From assembly GCA_947627635.1 (NCBI GenBank), contig CANQWT010000013.1, forward strand, positions 1 through 26,909: DNA of 26,909 bases. Reading direction: 5' to 3'. The position numbers and the translations under genes are program-made. The notes beneath the pieces were generated by a model. The model was not told the DNA's origin. It made no database searches and saw only the letters and a program-made list of their open reading frames with translations. Origin of the DNA: an uncultured Bacilli bacterium (GTDB lineage: Bacteria > Bacillota_I > Bacilli_A > RF39 > UBA660). Position 1 is the first letter of the stretch. Every line of letters starts with the position of its first letter. Below, piece after piece: positions 8,932 through 17,225 of this stretch.

Positions 8932-9711
8932 TTATCTTTTTTTCATATAAGGCATCAAATAATCACCATCGTACTGATGTTTTTTCTGAGCAGTAGACAT
9001 TTTTTGTAAAACCATTGTACCTTCTTTAGAAATATGTTTAGGCTTCCATCCTCTTTTTAATTGGAATAAAATAGATGGATAATCATATCCTGTCATTGTT
9101 TCTAGGATTGTTAAGTTTAACATATAAGTATCAACACTTGGTGGAAGTATACCCTTTTTCATAAAGGGTCTTAATTCAGAAGTATTAAGGTCAATAGGAT
9201 AATTTTCAACTTGCATGTTATCCAAATCACAAAAACTAGTTTTTCTATTTCTTGGGTCAATTAAGATATTGGCATTATTGATATCACCATAAACAATTCC
9301 TTGTTCATGAAACTCATTCAATTGTGCTTTAACTTGATTCATAAAGAAAATAAAAAGTCGTGCATCCATATCTAATTGGTATAATGCATAAGCTCTTGGA
9401 TTTCTTGTCATATCATATCCTACAAATTGTCCGTTACAACTAATCGTTTTTAAGATTTTAACATCATTTCGAAAAGCTTCGTTATCGTAAAGTCTTATGA
9501 TTTTGATACATTTATTTTCTCTCATTTGTTCTTGTTCTTCACTTGTTTTGTCTTTGCATCCCATATCTTTTTTGAAGATTTTACGAGCAATAGGACGTCC
9601 ATTTGTATCCTTTAAGAATAAAACATCAGCTTCACTACCACCAGTTTTACTTTTCTTCCTCATTCTCTCTAATTCTTGATAACTAATTTCAATATTTCGT
9701 AATGTTTGCAT
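8932..9711 (-). CDS. Protein-kinase-like fold protein (CotS/aminoglycoside-phosphotransferase-like catalytic loop)
   Basis: GIVYGDINNANILID resembles the catalytic loop HGDLHxxNIL of the kinase-like fold. A downstream FCDLDN sits at the DFG-equivalent position. Confidence 0.45.
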   Translation of the reverse strand: MQTLRNIEISYQELERMRKKSKTGGSEADVLFLKDTNGRPIARKIFKKDMGCKDKTSEEQEQMRENKCIKIIRLYDNEAFRNDVKILKTISCNGQFVGYDMTRNPRAYALYQLDMDARLFIFFMNQVKAQLNEFHEQGIVYGDINNANILIDPRNRKTSFCDLDNMQVENYPIDLNTSELRPFMKKGILPPSVDTYMLNLTILETMTGYDYPSILFQLKRGWKPKHISKEGTMVLQKMSTAQKKHQYDGDYLMPYMKKR

Positions 9712-9815
9712 AATTTTAGTTTTCCCCCTTTTTAAACAGCCATATTATAACACAAAACGAGGAAAAACACAAGAAAAAGCAAACTAACAAAAAAAGGACT
9801 TAAAATAATTAAATC

Positions 9816-10922
9816 CTATTTAAATCCACATGTTGGATTAGAAATTCCATTGATTAGTTTTAAAACTTCTCCTACTAAAAATGGTAGTAGGAATAAAACG
9901 ACTACTGCGATTAAGCGAACAACAAGACGTGACTGAGCTTTTTTCATTGCCTCCTCATCAGAAGTTGCGATGGCTTTAATGAATTCTAACATACTTAAGA
10001 TAATGACTAGAACTGGTCCAATAATCTTAATATAGTTAAGAGCTGTTTGTATGAGCCATCCAAAGGATTCTTTTGTAAAGTTTCCATTTCCATCGGTTTT
10101 TCCAAAAATACCTTCACAGCCAATTCCTGAATTTAGTCCATCTAAATCAACATTGGAGTTTTCAGTATCTCTATTTTCTGGTAGAGTACGATCTGTATCT
10201 GCATCTGTCCCACTTTCTACAATTTTAATCCTATAATGAGCAAGATTAGAGGTATAATCTGAAACTTTATCAGCATAAATATAAGCAGGACAAGTAAATG
10301 CATTATCTTTATAAAATAAAGAAGTTGGATTATTTTCCATATCACAAACTGTTGAAACAGTAGAACTAACATCACAATCAAAAGAAGCTGTTTGATTATC
10401 TTTCTTAGTTACTTCTATAGTAGTATCTTGAGTAGGCTCACTTATATATTTACAGGAAGTGTCAGTAGAACTTTTTAGTTTATACTGTTGTCTTGAGTTT
10501 GCATTACTAGAAGTTGATTGATCTGTATCACCTTTTGTTCCATTTACATTTTCAATACAATTACCTTTTCCCTTATCTTTTTCACATTCATCTTTAGATT
10601 GATATACAATATAATCAGCATTCCAAGCTGTTACAAATACACTAATAGTTGGACAATTACCACTACTTAAACTAATACCATTTTTATCATAAAAAGTAAC
10701 TTTCTTAGTAAGAGTTCCCTGATTTGCAAAACCTGAACCCTTAGTTAAAACATTTTCATAGTTATCTGTTTCTAATACAATATTATTTTTTTCACTACCA
10801 GTACTATAAGTACAAACTGTTTTAGCGTAAACTTTAGTATAACTAGCAAAAAGTAGGACAAAAAAGAATAAAACATAAAACAGGTATTTCATTTGATTTT
10901 GTTTCTTTTTCATGATTATCAC
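9816..10922 (-). CDS. Secreted Cys-rich protein with a C-terminal two-helix membrane module
   Basis: Lys-rich N-terminus followed by a hydrophobic signal (YLFYVLFFFVLLFASYTKVYA). The ectodomain carries many Cys residues. The C-terminal IKIIGPVLVIILS..IKAIATSDEE..KKA..VVLFLLPFLV hairpin is homologous to the N-terminal modules of the ORFs at 17226 and 18258. Confidence 0.6.
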   Translation of the reverse strand: MIIMKKKQNQMKYLFYVLFFFVLLFASYTKVYAKTVCTYSTGSEKNNIVLETDNYENVLTKGSGFANQGTLTKKVTFYDKNGISLSSGNCPTISVFVTAWNADYIVYQSKDECEKDKGKGNCIENVNGTKGDTDQSTSSNANSRQQYKLKSSTDTSCKYISEPTQDTTIEVTKKDNQTASFDCDVSSTVSTVCDMENNPTSLFYKDNAFTCPAYIYADKVSDYTSNLAHYRIKIVESGTDADTDRTLPENRDTENSNVDLDGLNSGIGCEGIFGKTDGNGNFTKESFGWLIQTALNYIKIIGPVLVIILSMLEFIKAIATSDEEAMKKAQSRLVVRLIAVVVLFLLPFLVGEVLKLINGISNPTCGFK

Positions 10923-11063
10923 TGCTTTCTTTTCTTTAAGATATCCACTATAAGATTAACCCATATAAACTTTTTTTTCAAGAAGTAAGTTTTAAAACTA
11001 TAAACTCAATATTTACTATTTCAAAATATTTTTTTATTTATTCTATCATTATATATTTATAAG

Positions 11064-11096
11064 CCAAAGAAAAAACAGGATATTTTTATTTAATTT
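11064..11096 (-). terminator. Possible weak rho-independent terminator after the lectin-like gene
   Basis: AACAGG...CCTGTT stem followed by a T-run on the minus strand. The loop is long, so the call is weak. Confidence 0.2.
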
Positions 11097-11123
11097 TATA
11101 CCTGTTTTAATTATTTTATCAAA

Positions 11124-13073
11124 TTAGTTAGCATTTGGGGTGAGGACGATGCGAAAAGTAAGCCATGCAGTCATTCGACCATTATCACCACTGAATGCGA
11201 AAACTCCTGCATTTTGACCATTACTGGGGTAACCACCTCGAATCATCCATGGACTATCCGTATTCACCATCCATGTGAGATCACTATACCACTCTGCTCC
11301 TTCTCCTAAGGAATGTCCTTTACAGGAGTTTCCGTTACATGCTGTTTCTGTTAATATTGATGTGTATTCATCAAAGTACTTAGTAGCTGGCCATTCTCTT
11401 GCATTTTCTGTAAATTCGCTTTCGTCAGTTAATTTTCCTGAATAGCCCGAATTTCTTTCTTGTGCATTTCCACTCCGTTTTTCTAGCACTCCCATGGTGT
11501 ATTCCCATGCTCCTCCATTGATATCATAGATTCCCGTAATGTTTCCTGTACTTGAAGCTCCTGCTCCAGTATAACCCTTGCCTTCTCCTCTATCTACTAG
11601 GTCATCATACGCTGCTCCTTCTTCAGTGGAGCTTAAGGCTGATCCTTGTCCACTTGAACGTCCTGTCTTATAACCACTATAATTATTCATGAATACTTCT
11701 TTATTAGCTCCTGTATATAAAGAATTACCATATTTTCCATACTTGCTTTGAGTTAAGTATGATATCAAAGCCCACTCTGTGTTCTTTGAGGCATGACTAT
11801 CATATGTTTCTTGATTAAATCCGTAAATGTTTCCTACTTTCGTTATTCCCATAGATACTATTTCTAATGTTGACACTCGAATATTTCTCCATGAATATAC
11901 ATTTGGCTTAATTTGAACAGTTAAATTTTCTAGATCACAACCATTATTTACATCATTATTAGTGGTAGAACAGTTTTCAATGTTACTACTTTCAAACTTT
12001 CCTATCCATACTCCTGATAAGTTTTCATCACCAAAAGTAAATCCTGGTGGTGTAAACCATCCTTTGACACTTTGTCCTTTTTTGTACTGTGCTGTTCCAT
12101 CATCTTTTGTAGAGGTAGAGATAAATTTCACATCGATTTCTCCTGGATTTGCTGCACTTTCTCCACCCTTTCCATAATAATTTGTTCCATCTTCTGATTT
12201 AATTGTATAACTATATCTTGGTATCCATACAAACATCTGCAAGATATCATCCATATTGATTTTTGCTCCAGCTTTGGCATTCTTGTATGTTTCTCTTGTT
12301 TCATTTGTTACTGTTACTGCATTTGCCCAATTTTGTTTATCATAATCATACCACTTGTTATTCACATCTGCTTTAATCCAACTATATCCATTATAAACAA
12401 CAGGTATCATGTTATCTGAAAGCACTGGAGGATTAGGCTCTTGTTGGTTTTCATATCCTGCAAGCTGTTGTGTTGCATCTACTTTTAACTTTCCAAAGAA
12501 TACTTTTCCTTGAGCATCATTTCCTGCATCATAATTGAGCCAAACACGAAGTTCATAATCGATTTTATTTGCTTCACCTTTTAAAATTGTTCCAGCATCA
12601 ATAATACGATTATGAGGAAGAGTTTCTACTTCTTCTTTTCCATTTGCAATGAGTTGATAACGAATATCTTTTTCATCTAAATAACTACAATCAGGACATT
12701 CTTGTTGCTTTTCTTCATTGTCAATTAAAGAAAGCTGATAATCCAAATTCATCATACTTTCATTATCCAAAGTAAAGGTATAAGAAACACCTTTCTTACC
12801 CTCTTCATCAACAATAGGAACTGCAGGAACCTCAGAACCTAAATCAATTCCATCATTTGTCTCATCTAAAATAAGATTTAATTTCTTCGCATTAAGTCCA
12901 ACATTTTTTGTACCTTTTACTGATGTTCTTAACCAAGCATAACTAAGACTAAAAAAGAGAAGTAAGCAAATTATTAAAAGGATAATTCCACTAATAATCA
13001 TGGTCTTATTTTTTCTTTTTTTATTTCTTATATCCTCCATATATAAACACCCTATCTTTCTTGTAATAATCAT
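11124..13073 (-). CDS. Membrane-anchored surface protein with C-terminal FGE-sulfatase/C-type-lectin-like (DUF323-like) domain
   Basis: N-terminal TM (MIISGIILLIICLLLFF), then roughly 250 aa of beta-rich sequence. The C-terminal part carries FGE-fold hallmarks: NTEWALISYL ~ PTEAEWEYAAR, GGAWEYT ~ GNVWEWT, PWMIRGG ~ RVLRGGSW, and a terminal FRIVL ~ GFR. It is paralogous to the ORF at 25560. The true start could be the internal Met at 13040. Confidence 0.75.
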   Translation of the reverse strand: MIITRKIGCLYMEDIRNKKRKNKTMIISGIILLIICLLLFFSLSYAWLRTSVKGTKNVGLNAKKLNLILDETNDGIDLGSEVPAVPIVDEEGKKGVSYTFTLDNESMMNLDYQLSLIDNEEKQQECPDCSYLDEKDIRYQLIANGKEEVETLPHNRIIDAGTILKGEANKIDYELRVWLNYDAGNDAQGKVFFGKLKVDATQQLAGYENQQEPNPPVLSDNMIPVVYNGYSWIKADVNNKWYDYDKQNWANAVTVTNETRETYKNAKAGAKINMDDILQMFVWIPRYSYTIKSEDGTNYYGKGGESAANPGEIDVKFISTSTKDDGTAQYKKGQSVKGWFTPPGFTFGDENLSGVWIGKFESSNIENCSTTNNDVNNGCDLENLTVQIKPNVYSWRNIRVSTLEIVSMGITKVGNIYGFNQETYDSHASKNTEWALISYLTQSKYGKYGNSLYTGANKEVFMNNYSGYKTGRSSGQGSALSSTEEGAAYDDLVDRGEGKGYTGAGASSTGNITGIYDINGGAWEYTMGVLEKRSGNAQERNSGYSGKLTDESEFTENAREWPATKYFDEYTSILTETACNGNSCKGHSLGEGAEWYSDLTWMVNTDSPWMIRGGYPSNGQNAGVFAFSGDNGRMTAWLTFRIVLTPNAN

Positions 13074-13192
13074 AGCAAAGATAAGGTTTTCACTTGTTTA
13101 ATATTCCAAATTGTCATATGTAATATATTGTCAAGAAAAGTGAAGAATTTACACTCTATTGATTGGGTACTAATGTAGTCTTTTTTACTCCT

Positions 13193-13909
13193 TCATTCAA
13201 TATCAAAAACTTGTCCATCATCTGGAACGACTACATTTGAATACTCTAATTTTTTAAAAGCTTTTCTTGTTTCATCTTCCAAATGACTTACAACAAATAT
13301 ACAATTTGGGTATTTTTGACATAAATACGTAATATTATCAATGCCCATATGTGACTTTGTTCCCTTTAAAAGCATTCCATCACAAAATAAATAATCACAC
13401 TGACTAGCCATTTTTTCTACTGTTTCACAAAGACTTGTATCTCCTGTAAAACCTACAACTTTATTATTTTGATGAAATAAGTATCCATAAGCAGGAGCCA
13501 TTCTACCATGGTCTACTAAAACTTTTTCAATTTTGTAGGAAGCGATTTGAAAAGAATTTTGTAACTGATATTTTAAATCTAGCTCTTTAAATATATCTTT
13601 ACAAGAATTTGGAAAAGCAAGTAAAGTTATCTTTTTAATTTTACGAATTCCTTCCTTACTACAATAAACTGTTACTTTATTCTTTTCTGATTTAGATTTT
13701 AATAAATAGAAAAATGGCATATCAAAATAATGGTCACCATGAAAATGTGTTAGTAAAACATGTTCGATTTCAATAGGATTTAATTTTTGACGAAACAGAT
13801 TTTTACACATTCCATTTGGAACATCTACCAAAATATTATGATCAATTTTATAAGATGCACTATTATATGCATTCCACATACTTCCACTACCAACAACTTG
13901 TACTTTCAT
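13193..13909 (-). CDS. MBL-fold metallo-hydrolase
   Basis: The THFHGDH motif (HxHxDH) sits in a beta-lactamase-fold context. An RBS is present upstream. Confidence 0.7.
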   Translation of the reverse strand: MKVQVVGSGSMWNAYNSASYKIDHNILVDVPNGMCKNLFRQKLNPIEIEHVLLTHFHGDHYFDMPFFYLLKSKSEKNKVTVYCSKEGIRKIKKITLLAFPNSCKDIFKELDLKYQLQNSFQIASYKIEKVLVDHGRMAPAYGYLFHQNNKVVGFTGDTSLCETVEKMASQCDYLFCDGMLLKGTKSHMGIDNITYLCQKYPNCIFVVSHLEDETRKAFKKLEYSNVVVPDDGQVFDIE

Positions 13910-13955
13910 TCATATCATCCTCTTTTGTTTTATTAAATCATATTTTCTAAAAAAT

Positions 13956-14206
13956 GAAAATAAAAAGCAAGATTTTCGTAGAACTACTCATCTTACTTTC
14001 CTTTTGTTTTAAATAGACTTTACAAAATAAACTTTTCTTTTGTAATCCGATACTTGGCGGAACGAAACATTGTTATCTACATTACCATACCAATTGCTGA
14101 ATGCGAAAACACCTGTGTTCGCACCATTTTCAGCTCGTCCACCACGCTCTAACCATGGATACGTCGTATTCACCATATTATAGTTATCACCGTTTGTCGT
14201 CTATTC
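13956..14206. repeat. Cassette repeat copy 1: 5' boundary box + orphan C-terminal lectin-tip coding segment + conserved 3' flank
   Basis: The roughly 70-nt block GAAAATAAAAAGCAAGATTTTCGTAGAACTACTCATCTTACTTTCCTTTTGTT(T/A)TAAATAGACTTTACA is near-identical to 14998-15068. The shared box TATCACCGT.T.TCGTCTATTC marks the other end. Confidence 0.8.
14009..14200 (-). pseudogene. Orphan 3' gene fragment (last ~55 codons of FGE/lectin-like family)
   Basis: Minus-strand translation gives ...TTNGDNYNMVNTTYPWLERGGRAENGANTGVFAFSNWYGNVDNNVSFRQVSDYK... It aligns with the C-termini of the ORFs at 11124 and 25560. An in-frame TAG sits immediately 5', and no start codon is present. Confidence 0.7.
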
Positions 14207-14274
14207 TATTTTAGTTTAACACAAGTTTTCTTTTAAAATTTGATTTGTCAAAATGATGTAATATTAAAAAAAAT

Positions 14275-14943
14275 TTAATCTAAGTTCATACCATCAATAC
14301 TTGTATCATAAATCCATTGCTTTAAATCAGTATAATCTCCTGTCTCATAGAATTTTATTAACTTTTCAAAGAAAGTTGGTTGATTTTCTTGAGAAATAGT
14401 AATTATTCCACATCCATTATCAATCATGATTTTATTAGCAAACAACATAGCAACCCTTTTATTACCATCAATAAACATTTGTCTTCTCATAATCCACAGC
14501 ATAATTTCAATAGCTATTTCTGTTTTTGTTTTTTCAACTTGATTGAACAGTTCTTGAAGTTCTTCTTTAATTTGACTTTCTATTGGAAAATTAGGTTTCC
14601 AAGATGTTCCTCCAATATTTACTGGTGTTGTTCTTATCCTTCCTAGATTTTGGTCTAAAACTAATTTATCACAAGTAAGTTTATGTAAATGACATAATAC
14701 CTTAAAATCATCTTCTATTTCAGTATTTTCAAGAATAAACTGCCATGAATATTTTAAATTATTGATAGCGATAATTTTATCAACAGTTAATCCATTGACA
14801 ATACCCCCATCATAAATAGCTTGGGTTTCAGGATATGTAACACCAATTCCTTCCAAATTAGCACTTTTCCAAATATAATCTACAATATTTCTCTTTGCAA
14901 CAAATACATTTTGCTCTCGTGTTAGATTAAATTTGTCTTTCAT
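14275..14943 (-). CDS. Fic/Doc family protein (non-canonical motif QMFIDGNKR)
   Basis: The N-terminal SANLEGIGVT..ETQAIYDG matches the Fic S/T-x-x-IEGN region. The core WIMRRQMFIDGNKRVAMLF matches the Doc-type HxFxDGNKR motif, with Gln in place of the catalytic His. A GAGGTG RBS is present. Confidence 0.7.
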   Translation of the reverse strand: MKDKFNLTREQNVFVAKRNIVDYIWKSANLEGIGVTYPETQAIYDGGIVNGLTVDKIIAINNLKYSWQFILENTEIEDDFKVLCHLHKLTCDKLVLDQNLGRIRTTPVNIGGTSWKPNFPIESQIKEELQELFNQVEKTKTEIAIEIMLWIMRRQMFIDGNKRVAMLFANKIMIDNGCGIITISQENQPTFFEKLIKFYETGDYTDLKQWIYDTSIDGMNLD

Positions 14944-14997
14944 AAATAAATCACCTCATATAAAGCTCTTTTCTAACTAAAATTATATCATAATTTT

Positions 14998-15247
14998 GAA
15001 AATAAAAAGCAAGATTTTCGTAGAACTACTCATCTTACTTTCCTTTTGTTATAAATAGACTTTACAGAATACTATTTTTATCTGTAATCCAACTCTGGCG
15101 GAACGAAATCCATTCAGTAAACCGACCATTATCGTTGCTGAATGTGAAAACACCTGCGTTTGCCCCATTATCATGTTTACCACTACGGACAAACCAAGGG
15201 TTCGTCGTATTTACCATCCAATTTCTATCACCGTATCTCGTCTATTC
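14998..15247. repeat. Cassette repeat copy 2 (same organisation as copy 1)
   Basis: The 3' flank is more than 95% identical to copy 1 over about 70 nt. The 5' box TATCACCGTATCTCGTCTATTC is shared. The coding core is diverged. Confidence 0.8.
15062..15241 (-). pseudogene. Orphan 3' gene fragment (last ~55 codons of FGE/lectin-like family)
   Basis: Minus-strand translation gives ...TRYGDRNWMVNTTNPWFVRSGKHDNGANAGVFTFSNDNGRFTEWISFRQSWITDKNSIL*. An in-frame TAG sits at the 5' edge. It begins only 8 nt after the rubrerythrin stop. Confidence 0.7.
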
Positions 15248-15252
15248 CACTT

Positions 15253-15798
15253 TTATAAATAATTTTCTGCTTTTACTTCCATGTAACTTTTTGGATGTTT
15301 ACAAACAGGACAAACTTCTAATGCATCTTTTCCTACATAAACATGTCCACAATTTCTACAAATCCAAATTTTATCCCCATCTTTGTGGAAAACTTTATCA
15401 TCTTTAATATTCTTTAAAAGTGCTAAATATCTTTCTTCATGTTCTTTTTCAATTTTTCCAACTTCTTCAAAAAGATAAGCAATACGGCTAAATCCTTCTT
15501 CACGAGCTACTTCTGCGAATTCTTTATACATTTCTGTCCATTCGTAGTTTTCTCCGTTTGCAGCATCTTCTAAGTTTACCAAAGTTTCAGGTACATCTCC
15601 ACCATGAAGTTCTTTAAACCATAGTTTAGCATGTTCCTTTTCGTTGTTTGCTGTTTCTTCAAAAATTGCCGCAATTTGTTCATAACCATCTTTCTTAGCT
15701 TTTGAAGCATAATAAGTATACTTATTTCTTGCTTGGCTTTCTCCTGCGAATGCAGTCATTAAATTTTGTTCTGTTTTTGTTCCTTTTAAATTTTCCAT
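15253..15798 (-). CDS. rbr: Rubrerythrin
   Basis: An N-terminal ferritin-like diiron domain (E..EH..E..EH spacing) is followed by a C-terminal rubredoxin-like CxxC...CxxC (CRNCG...CPVCKHP). Confidence 0.92.
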   Translation of the reverse strand: MENLKGTKTEQNLMTAFAGESQARNKYTYYASKAKKDGYEQIAAIFEETANNEKEHAKLWFKELHGGDVPETLVNLEDAANGENYEWTEMYKEFAEVAREEGFSRIAYLFEEVGKIEKEHEERYLALLKNIKDDKVFHKDGDKIWICRNCGHVYVGKDALEVCPVCKHPKSYMEVKAENYL

Positions 15799-15814
15799 TT
15801 TTTTCCTTCCTTTC

Positions 15815-17119
15815 TTAAATAACTTCTATATCAGAAGAATCCTCTTCGATTATAGACTTTTTAGTAAAATAGTCCCTGTGTAAATAGGCTTTGGCAAGTG
15901 GACTATTCGGATACATAAAATACATATCATACACTTGCTTTACATCCATATTTTCGTGACTACATCTTATTCTAGCACGTCTATCAAGCTTCGACAAGTT
16001 ATTCATTCTTTTTTTTGTCTGTTCACTTTGTAAATTGATTGTCCCAAGAGGCTGTCCTCCTCCACCAACACAACCATTTTCACAATTCATGACTTCAACA
16101 AAATCATAAAGTACTTCACCATTCTCTAAAGCTTCTAAGATAGGTCCTACTTCTTTCATTCCCCAAACGGAGGCGACCTTTAAAGTTTTTCTATAAGTTT
16201 TAACCTCAAGTACTCGCTTACTTTCTGTTTCTTCAAGGGTCTTAATTTTAAAAGGCTCACCCATTAAGAAAGAAAGTGTTCGAAGAACAGCTTCACTTAC
16301 TCCACCCTTTCTTCCAAAAATAGTCGCAGCTCCACTTCCTTCACTTAATAAAGCATCAAAATTTCTTTCTTTTTCTTCTTTTAAATTCACATTTTCTTCC
16401 TTTAATAAGAGAAGTAGTTCACTCGTTGTGATACAAATATCCATTCCTGGAACATCAATAATTTCTTGTTTTTTCGCTGTACAAGGAGCAACAACTACAT
16501 GAATAACATCTTCTTTTTTCAAATTTTCTTTTTCTAAAAAATAACTATTCAAAATAGCCCCTTGCATTCCAATTGGGCTTTTGGCTGTCGATAAATAACA
16601 TGTATACTGTGGATAAAATTTTGTCACATAAGAAACCCAAGCAGGACAACAAGAAGTAAAAAGTGGTCGATGTTCTCCATCCATAATAATTCCTAAAAAC
16701 TCTGTTGCTTCTTCCATGACTGTTAAATCTGCCCCAAAAGTAACATCAAAAACATAATCAAAGCCAATTCGTTTTAAAGCTCCTATTAACTGAGGCAAAT
16801 TGTTTTCATCCTCATCATAACCAAAAGCTTCTCTTAATGAAACACGAACTGCAGGTGCAAGTGAAATGGTCACAACTTTATTCGTGTCGTGCAAATAATC
16901 AAGGACTTTTTTATATTGATACTTAGGAGTAAGTGCCCCAACAGGACAAGATAAAATACATTGTCCACAACCAAGACAAGTCTTTTCATAAATATCTCTA
17001 TCTATCTTTTCTTTTTCAATACAAGTCTTTTTACAAATTCCACATTCAATACATCTTTCAATAATTCGGTTGATGCATTTATTTTCCTTGTCAATATAGA
17101 CTGCTTTCTTTTGCCCCAT
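15815..17119 (-). CDS. [FeFe]-hydrogenase catalytic subunit (HydA-like)
   Basis: N-terminal ferredoxin-like Cys clusters (CIECGIC...[13 protein letters not shown]). H-cluster motifs are present: L1 TSCCPAW, L2 [10 protein letters not shown]3 [14 protein letters not shown]. Confidence 0.85.
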   Translation of the reverse strand: MGQKKAVYIDKENKCINRIIERCIECGICKKTCIEKEKIDRDIYEKTCLGCGQCILSCPVGALTPKYQYKKVLDYLHDTNKVVTISLAPAVRVSLREAFGYDEDENNLPQLIGALKRIGFDYVFDVTFGADLTVMEEATEFLGIIMDGEHRPLFTSCCPAWVSYVTKFYPQYTCYLSTAKSPIGMQGAILNSYFLEKENLKKEDVIHVVVAPCTAKKQEIIDVPGMDICITTSELLLLLKEENVNLKEEKERNFDALLSEGSGAATIFGRKGGVSEAVLRTLSFLMGEPFKIKTLEETESKRVLEVKTYRKTLKVASVWGMKEVGPILEALENGEVLYDFVEVMNCENGCVGGGGQPLGTINLQSEQTKKRMNNLSKLDRRARIRCSHENMDVKQVYDMYFMYPNSPLAKAYLHRDYFTKKSIIEEDSSDIEVI

Positions 17120-17174
17120 ATTTATTCACCTTACTTTACTCTATTATAACTTTTTTTCTTGATTTAGAGAAGTG

Positions 17175-17211
17175 ATTTCTTGTTTTTTAACTACTAAATT
17201 TATGTTATAAT
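17175..17211 (+). promoter_or_regulatory. Putative promoter with extended -10 (TGtTATAAT) for the plus-strand membrane-enzyme cluster
   Basis: TGTTATAAT sits at 17203-17211, with a TTG-containing -35-like sequence about 20 nt upstream. The region is divergent from the hydrogenase gene. Confidence 0.35.
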
Positions 17212-17225
17212 GAAAAAAATGAGAA

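Noticed and set aside
10923-11123. AT-rich 200-bp intergenic region as a possible small RNA or origin-like element
   Set aside because: It contains only simple A/T runs and a weak hairpin. It fits a promoter/terminator region for the flanking genes, and nothing specific is supportable.
9816-13073. Prophage, ICE or transposon origin for the accessory region
   Set aside because: No integrase, transposase, terminase, capsid or relaxase/T4SS-like ORF was recognisable. No terminal inverted repeats were noticed.
13956-15247. CRISPR array or other short-period repeat
   Set aside because: There are only two copies, each about 250 bp and separated by about 800 bp of gene-containing sequence. They have a protein-coding homologous core, and no short direct repeat/spacer periodicity.
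11124-15250. Active diversity-generating retroelement (template repeat / variable repeat pair) explaining the variable lectin-fold tips
   Set aside because: No reverse-transcriptase or Avd-like ORF is present in the window. When the four tip sequences are aligned codon by codon, the mismatches include G-to-T and C-to-T changes and synonymous wobble changes. They are not confined to adenines of a putative template. The hypothesis is kept only as something to test outside the window.
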